Origin: a virus
Taxonomy: Duplodnaviria > Caudoviricetes
Strand: one strand, 5' to 3'
IMG/VR virus record: IMGVR_UViG_3300009678_000076
Coordinates: 1-46,117 of that record
Length of the DNA: 46,117 bases
The position numbers and the translations under genes are program-made. Each line of letters begins with the position of its first letter. The first letter of the stretch is position 1. The notes below the pieces were generated by a model. The model did no database searches. It was not told the origin of the DNA and saw only the letters and a list, made by a program, of their open reading frames with translations. Below are positions 42,073 through 46,117 of the stretch, piece after piece.

Positions 42073-43005
42073 TCAGGTCGCGCCGGCCGAGCCCCACATG
42101 CCGAGCGCATCGCTCCACCCGAACGAGTAGCGCTCGCGGGCCTTGTACCGGCAGTTGCCGGTGTCGAAGTCCTCGTCCATGCCGGTCTTGAGAGCGACAC
42201 GGTTGAAGTGCTTCAGGCCGTTCGGCACGTCGGTCTTGATGAACCAAGCGTTCGTGTCGGTGAGGTAGTGATTCACCGTGTAGCCGCCCGGGATCGCCGA
42301 CATGTTGCGGATCGCGTTGATGTCGTTGTCGGCAGTCGCGGTGCGACCCTCCGACTGCAGCAGACGCACCGCAACGAACTGGTACGACGGCGGCACGACG
42401 AGCTTGCGAGCTTGCGCCGCGATCAGCAGGCCGCGCTCGTCGGTCCACGCCGCGATCTGGATGATCGCCGCCTCCAGCGATGTCTCGTTCATGTCCACGC
42501 CCGTGGGCGGAGAGTTGAAGTTGACGCCGCCGCCGACCAGCGGGTGTCCGACGCGGGCTGCCGCGGCATTGACGCCGAACAGCGACACGCCGTCACCGCC
42601 GAGGAAGGCGCCGTTGAAGCCGTTATTGAGGATCGCCGCACCCTTCACCTGCTTGGTGTACGCCATCGCACGGGCGAGCGCCTTGGTGTAGCGCGCCGAG
42701 AGCGAGTCGTAGAGGTTGTCCTCGACGGCTTCCTCGGTGACGCTGAACCCGAGCGCGATCGTCTCGTGGATGTAGCGCGAGGTGAACGCTTCCTGTGCGT
42801 TGTCGTAGCTGAGCGCGTCGCCTTCGGCCTTGACCGGTGCGGCGCCGAAGCCCGAGAGCTTCACCTCTTCCTCGAACGAGCGCTCGGAGTTCTCCGTCTC
42901 GAAGATGTCCTTGTGCTCTTCCGGGTACTGCTTGTATTCCAGACCGAACAGTGCGTTCAGCCCGGGAAGCAGCTCCTTCATCAGTTGTGCGCGTGAGATG
43001 GCCAT
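42073..43005 (-). CDS. Major capsid protein (HK97 fold, Mu gpT-like)
   Basis: MAISRAQL.KELLPGLNALFG.EY, SERSFEEE..LSGF, KLVVP, YLTD.NAWF, DFDTGN.RYKARERYSFGWSD; followed by strong terminator. Confidence 0.9.
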   Translation of the reverse strand: MAISRAQLMKELLPGLNALFGLEYKQYPEEHKDIFETENSERSFEEEVKLSGFGAAPVKAEGDALSYDNAQEAFTSRYIHETIALGFSVTEEAVEDNLYDSLSARYTKALARAMAYTKQVKGAAILNNGFNGAFLGGDGVSLFGVNAAAARVGHPLVGGGVNFNSPPTGVDMNETSLEAAIIQIAAWTDERGLLIAAQARKLVVPPSYQFVAVRLLQSEGRTATADNDINAIRNMSAIPGGYTVNHYLTDTNAWFIKTDVPNGLKHFNRVALKTGMDEDFDTGNCRYKARERYSFGWSDALGMWGSAGAT

Positions 43006-43035
43006 TTCGTTTGCTCCTTGTTGCTGACGGCTGGG

Positions 43036-43641
43036 TCAGATACCGACAGCGTTGAGGTAGCTGTGATGACCCGGGTTGAACTTCACGAGCACGTCGGCGA
43101 ACAGGTCGCCGACGGGCGAGACGAGCGCCACGACGCGAAGGGCTGCGTTCGTCGCGACCACCGTCGATTCCAACGCCGACGTGGAGTTGCCCGTCGTCGT
43201 GCTGCCGGTGCTGGTGGACTGCACCGCCGCGAGGAAGGTGTTCGCACCGATCATCGCCTGCAGCGCCGCGCCATCCATCTGCCCTTGGAAGAGCACGTCG
43301 GGATCGCAGACCACCTTGGCCTTGATCTTCGTGCCCGTGGGGGCGACGTAGCTGGCCGGGTAGTACTGCGAGAAGATGAGCTGGCCCTGCGCATTGACGA
43401 ACTCGCAGCCGACGAAGACACCGATGGTGCCCGCCGGGAACGCATTCGTGGTGCCGTCGGCGCCAGTGGCCGTCATCAGGATGATGTAGCCGTTGGTGTC
43501 GAGCGTGACGATCGAACCGTTGTAGATGTTCGTCGCGATGCCTGCGGGGTTGATCTGAAACTCGCTGACGGCGCCCGCATAGGGCAGGCCGTCCATACGC
43601 TTGACGGGGCGGAGCCCGTACGGGGTTGCCGTTGCTGACAT
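43036..43641 (-). CDS. Putative minor capsid / cement protein
   Basis: PYGLRPV, IY.G..V, GVFVGCE, V..DPD.LF..Q motifs; immediately upstream of major capsid gene. Confidence 0.6.
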   Translation of the reverse strand: MSATATPYGLRPVKRMDGLPYAGAVSEFQINPAGIATNIYNGSIVTLDTNGYIILMTATGADGTTNAFPAGTIGVFVGCEFVNAQGQLIFSQYYPASYVAPTGTKIKAKVVCDPDVLFQGQMDGAALQAMIGANTFLAAVQSTSTGSTTTGNSTSALESTVVATNAALRVVALVSPVGDLFADVLVKFNPGHHSYLNAVGI

Positions 43642-43650
43642 GGTTGTTCC

Positions 43651-44124
43651 TTAAGTTCCGTTGCCGAAAGACTGGCCGCGGGTCGTCTTGCTCTTGCGTT
43701 GGACGAACAGCGGCATCCGGGGATCGTTGTTGCGCATGAGAGCCGCGTCCACCGACTGCATCTGCTTGCGGGCCTGCTCGGCGAAGTACGCTTGACGCGC
43801 AACCACCTTGGCCGTGGGCATCTTGCAGAGCATCAGACCACCGATCTCGACGTTGCCCGCGGCGTTGCCCGGCAGTTCGAGTTCGGGGTGATCCACCGCC
43901 TTGACCGGAACCCAGCCCTCGCGAAGCCTCTTGCTCACGTTGGTCGGATCGGCCACCCCCAGAACGTGCGTGGCCACCCAGTGAAAGGTGAACCCCGCCT
44001 CGGGATTGGGGACAGGCAGCGTGCTCGGGGGCACGTAGGACTCTTCACGAACTTCTTCAGCGCGCGTCTCGGTTTCGCGCGGTTGACGAGGTGTTGCGGT
44101 TGCGGGTGTGGACGGGTTGCTCAT
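43651..44124 (-). CDS. Conserved head-module hypothetical protein
   Basis: PPS.LP.P.P..G..F.W, NVS..LREGW.PV...HPE, GGL.LCK.P. Confidence 0.7.
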   Translation of the reverse strand: MSNPSTPATATPRQPRETETRAEEVREESYVPPSTLPVPNPEAGFTFHWVATHVLGVADPTNVSKRLREGWVPVKAVDHPELELPGNAAGNVEIGGLMLCKMPTAKVVARQAYFAEQARKQMQSVDAALMRNNDPRMPLFVQRKSKTTRGQSFGNGT

Positions 44125-45101
44125 TTCTGCTCCAGACGCACAACTTCCTGTGCGTATTGCTGCGGGGTGAGGCCGAACTTCTTCGCCAACGCGAGCTGCG
44201 TCTGCGTGAGCTTGACCTTGGTGACGCCTGCGACGGTGCGCGTAGCCGGAGCTACGGGACTCGTGCGCTGCGTTGTGCGCTGCGTGGAGCGTTTGTCGTC
44301 GTCACCGGTGGGTGCGGCCCCGAAGAAATCGGGAAACACCTCGCGAAGCCGGCCATCGACCTTTTCGTAGTACTCGTCCGAGCGAGGATCAACGCCCGAC
44401 TTCACCAGCTTCTGGTGGAAGCCCAGCGCGAAGCTGGTCATGTCCTCGTTCCCCTCCGAACCGAACCACTGGTTTCGTGCCTGCCAGCGCAGTGTCTTCT
44501 GGTCTACCGGTTCGTCGGGGTTGCTTACTGCCGGCAGTTGTACCTCAGTTTCTGGTGCCTGTACAGCCCGCGGCCGGTACCGCTCGATTTCCCTGAGTTG
44601 AATCTTCGCTTCGAGCAGCTTCTCGTTCGCCGCCATCTCAGCGTCGGGATCGAACGCCTCCTTGGCCGCTTTCAGCTCGATGCGCGCGGCCGCGAGCGCC
44701 GCCTCGGCGTTGGCCTTCGACGCGGCGACGAGGTGCGTCTCGCCATCGACCGTGCGCTTCTGCAGCTCGCGGTTCTGGTTGAGGAGCGCCTGCGCTGCGC
44801 GTGTCGCCTCGTCGCGCTCGCGCTCTGCCTTCTCGCGCGAGCGACGCTCATCGTGCCGCGCGTGCGTCAGCTCCGAGAACCGAGCCTTGACGCCAGCCGA
44901 GTAGGTGGCCAGCTCGTCATCGGTCGGGTCCTTGACCTCGCGGCCGAGCGGCTTGCGACCGCGGTCCTTCTCGGGCGTGTCATCGACGATCTCGATGTCG
45001 TCGAGGTCGGGGTCCTTGTCGTGGCCGTTGGCCTTCGACTCGATCTTGCCGCCATCGGCGGCGCCGTCGAGCGTCACTTCTTCATCATCGGGGTCTGCCA
45101 T
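44121..45101 (-). CDS. Capsid scaffolding protein
   Basis: Acidic N-terminus (IEIVDDTP..DR), long coiled coil, W..RN.WFG, C-terminal LT..Q..LAKKFGLTP..YA; GAGGAG RBS fits start 45101. Confidence 0.7.
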   Translation of the reverse strand: MADPDDEEVTLDGAADGGKIESKANGHDKDPDLDDIEIVDDTPEKDRGRKPLGREVKDPTDDELATYSAGVKARFSELTHARHDERRSREKAERERDEATRAAQALLNQNRELQKRTVDGETHLVAASKANAEAALAAARIELKAAKEAFDPDAEMAANEKLLEAKIQLREIERYRPRAVQAPETEVQLPAVSNPDEPVDQKTLRWQARNQWFGSEGNEDMTSFALGFHQKLVKSGVDPRSDEYYEKVDGRLREVFPDFFGAAPTGDDDKRSTQRTTQRTSPVAPATRTVAGVTKVKLTQTQLALAKKFGLTPQQYAQEVVRLEQK

Positions 45102-45111
45102 GTTCATCTCC

Positions 45112-45531
45112 TCAGGCTTGCACGCGGAGAATGCCGCGAGGGTCATCGACGACAGCTTCCACTTGGTCGTCGTTCAAGATGCGGAACTCCTGCCCAAAAA
45201 TCTTGAAGCGGGTTCCGGCATAGGTTCTCACCACGATGAAGTCGCCCTTCTTACACCACGGCCCGCTCGGGAAGCGCGCCTTGTCGCTGTAGGCATCGGG
45301 GCCGAGGTCGAGCACGAAGAGGATGGTCGTTGCCGCCTCCTCGTCCGCCATCGTCTTCGCGGCCTTCACGAGGATCGACTCCTCGAACGACTCCTTGGCC
45401 TTCGGGATCGCGCAGAGGATGTGGTAGCCCGCAGGCTTGGGCAGCATTCGCGATGCGGGCTCAGGCGTCTCGCCTGCAAGGTGTTTCGGCAGTACCAATC
45501 CGGGGTCAGGTGTCAGAATCGTCGCGGTCAT
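45112..45531 (-). CDS. groES: GroES-like co-chaperonin
   Basis: LP.PAGYHIL, mobile-loop-like segment, VL.LGPDAY, CKKGDFI...YAG, EFRILNDDQVEAVV; start at MTATIL (45531). Confidence 0.8.
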   Translation of the reverse strand: MTATILTPDPGLVLPKHLAGETPEPASRMLPKPAGYHILCAIPKAKESFEESILVKAAKTMADEEAATTILFVLDLGPDAYSDKARFPSGPWCKKGDFIVVRTYAGTRFKIFGQEFRILNDDQVEAVVDDPRGILRVQA

Positions 45532-45718
45532 CGAGGTGGTCCAGCAGGGCTTTGATGCGTTGCTCGGCGATGCGCAGCCCAGAGAGCACACCGACGAGGT
45601 TTTGATAAGCGGGATAGTCCACGGGTGCTCCGCGCACAAGCGCATCGACACGACCGTTCAGCTCCATCTGAACCTGCTTCAGCAGGTCATCGACATCCCG
45701 AGGAGCGTCGCCTTTCAT
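45506..45718 (-). CDS. Hypothetical protein
   Basis: L..G...DY..YQ..VG...GL..A motif; ATGA coupling to upstream gene. Confidence 0.65.
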   Translation of the reverse strand: MKGDAPRDVDDLLKQVQMELNGRVDALVRGAPVDYPAYQNLVGVLSGLRIAEQRIKALLDHLDDRDDSDT

Positions 45719-46117
45719 TGCGGCATGCCCTCGTCAGGCACGAGCGGCTGCGCCTCGGGCACTGCGGGCTGCGGCTCCGGCTCGGGCACCTGCGGTGCCG
45801 GACCCGCTGCCTCTGCCTGATCGTCCGAGGGGTCCTCGGTCTTGCTCAAGCCGATCTCGTTGCTGTCGTGCTCCGCTGCAAGCCGATCCACGTCGGCCTG
45901 CGCGTTCGCGCGGTCCTGCGCCAGCAGCTCCTGATCCTGCGCGCGGCCCATCATGCCGACCTGCAGCGCCTTGACCTCGATCTGCTGCTCGCCCAGCTCG
46001 CCGGCCTGCACCACCTTGTCGCGGGCGAGGTCGATCTTGTCGGCCTTGTCGGCAGCCTCGATGCTGACCTTCTTCTCGGCCAGCGCGCTCTTGTCCTCCA
46101 AGTCCGCGGCCTTCACC
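45715..46117 (-). CDS. C-terminal fragment of a large head gene, probably portal (5' truncated)
   Basis: Open to window end; coiled coil then acidic/Pro-rich tail; position upstream of GroES-scaffold-capsid. Confidence 0.5.
   Translation of the reverse strand, partial: VKAADLEDKSALAEKKVSIEAADKADKIDLARDKVVQAGELGEQQIEVKALQVGMMGRAQDQELLAQDRANAQADVDRLAAEHDSNEIGLSKTEDPSDDQAEAAGPAPQVPEPEPQPAVPEAQPLVPDEGMPQ

Larger units (their letters stand above)
1..46117. mobile_element. Tailed dsDNA bacteriophage genome segment (podovirus-like organisation), incomplete at both ends
   Basis: Dense, translationally coupled genes; replication module on + strand and capsid/tail/ejection module on - strand; no host housekeeping genes, att sites or integrase seen. 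Confidence 0.95.

Noticed and set aside
1-46117. Prophage boundaries, tRNA genes or alternative genetic code
   Set aside because: No host genes, att-like repeats or cloverleafs noticed; genes read through intact in the standard code with all three stop codons used

Overview
The whole window is one high-GC tailed dsDNA phage segment, probably podovirus-like, truncated at both ends. It has two convergent arms meeting at about 16.83-16.87 kb. The + arm (1-16865) holds early and replication genes: a DUF3150-like protein, VRR-NUC nuclease, family A DNA polymerase, MazG-like pyrophosphatase, HslV/Ntn-like protease, Cas4-like exonuclease, SNF2-like helicase, SSB-like protein and primase-helicase. 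The - arm (16828-46117) holds virion genes: probable portal C-terminus, GroES-like co-chaperonin, scaffold, major capsid, adaptors, tail fibre, tail tubular protein and three large internal virion proteins, including a ~2700-aa LPD38/zincin protein. No integrase, terminase, endolysin, tRNA or CRISPR array is recognisable. Most notable: (1) two tandem, hairpin-bounded PEP-CTERM surface-protein genes with no exosortase in the window, implying use of the host sorting system; (2) an anti-defence pair, Acb2 next to a Tad2 (DUF2829) domain fused to a second helical domain; (3) a recurring [F/Y/M]-A-[K/E/D/G]-G-G motif and a shared C-terminal DGxAxxGKT tag across late proteins, suggesting an uncharacterised processing or capsid-targeting code; (4) a candidate double-pseudoknot RNA leader downstream of the capsid gene. 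All family assignments come from motif recognition by eye, not from database searches.
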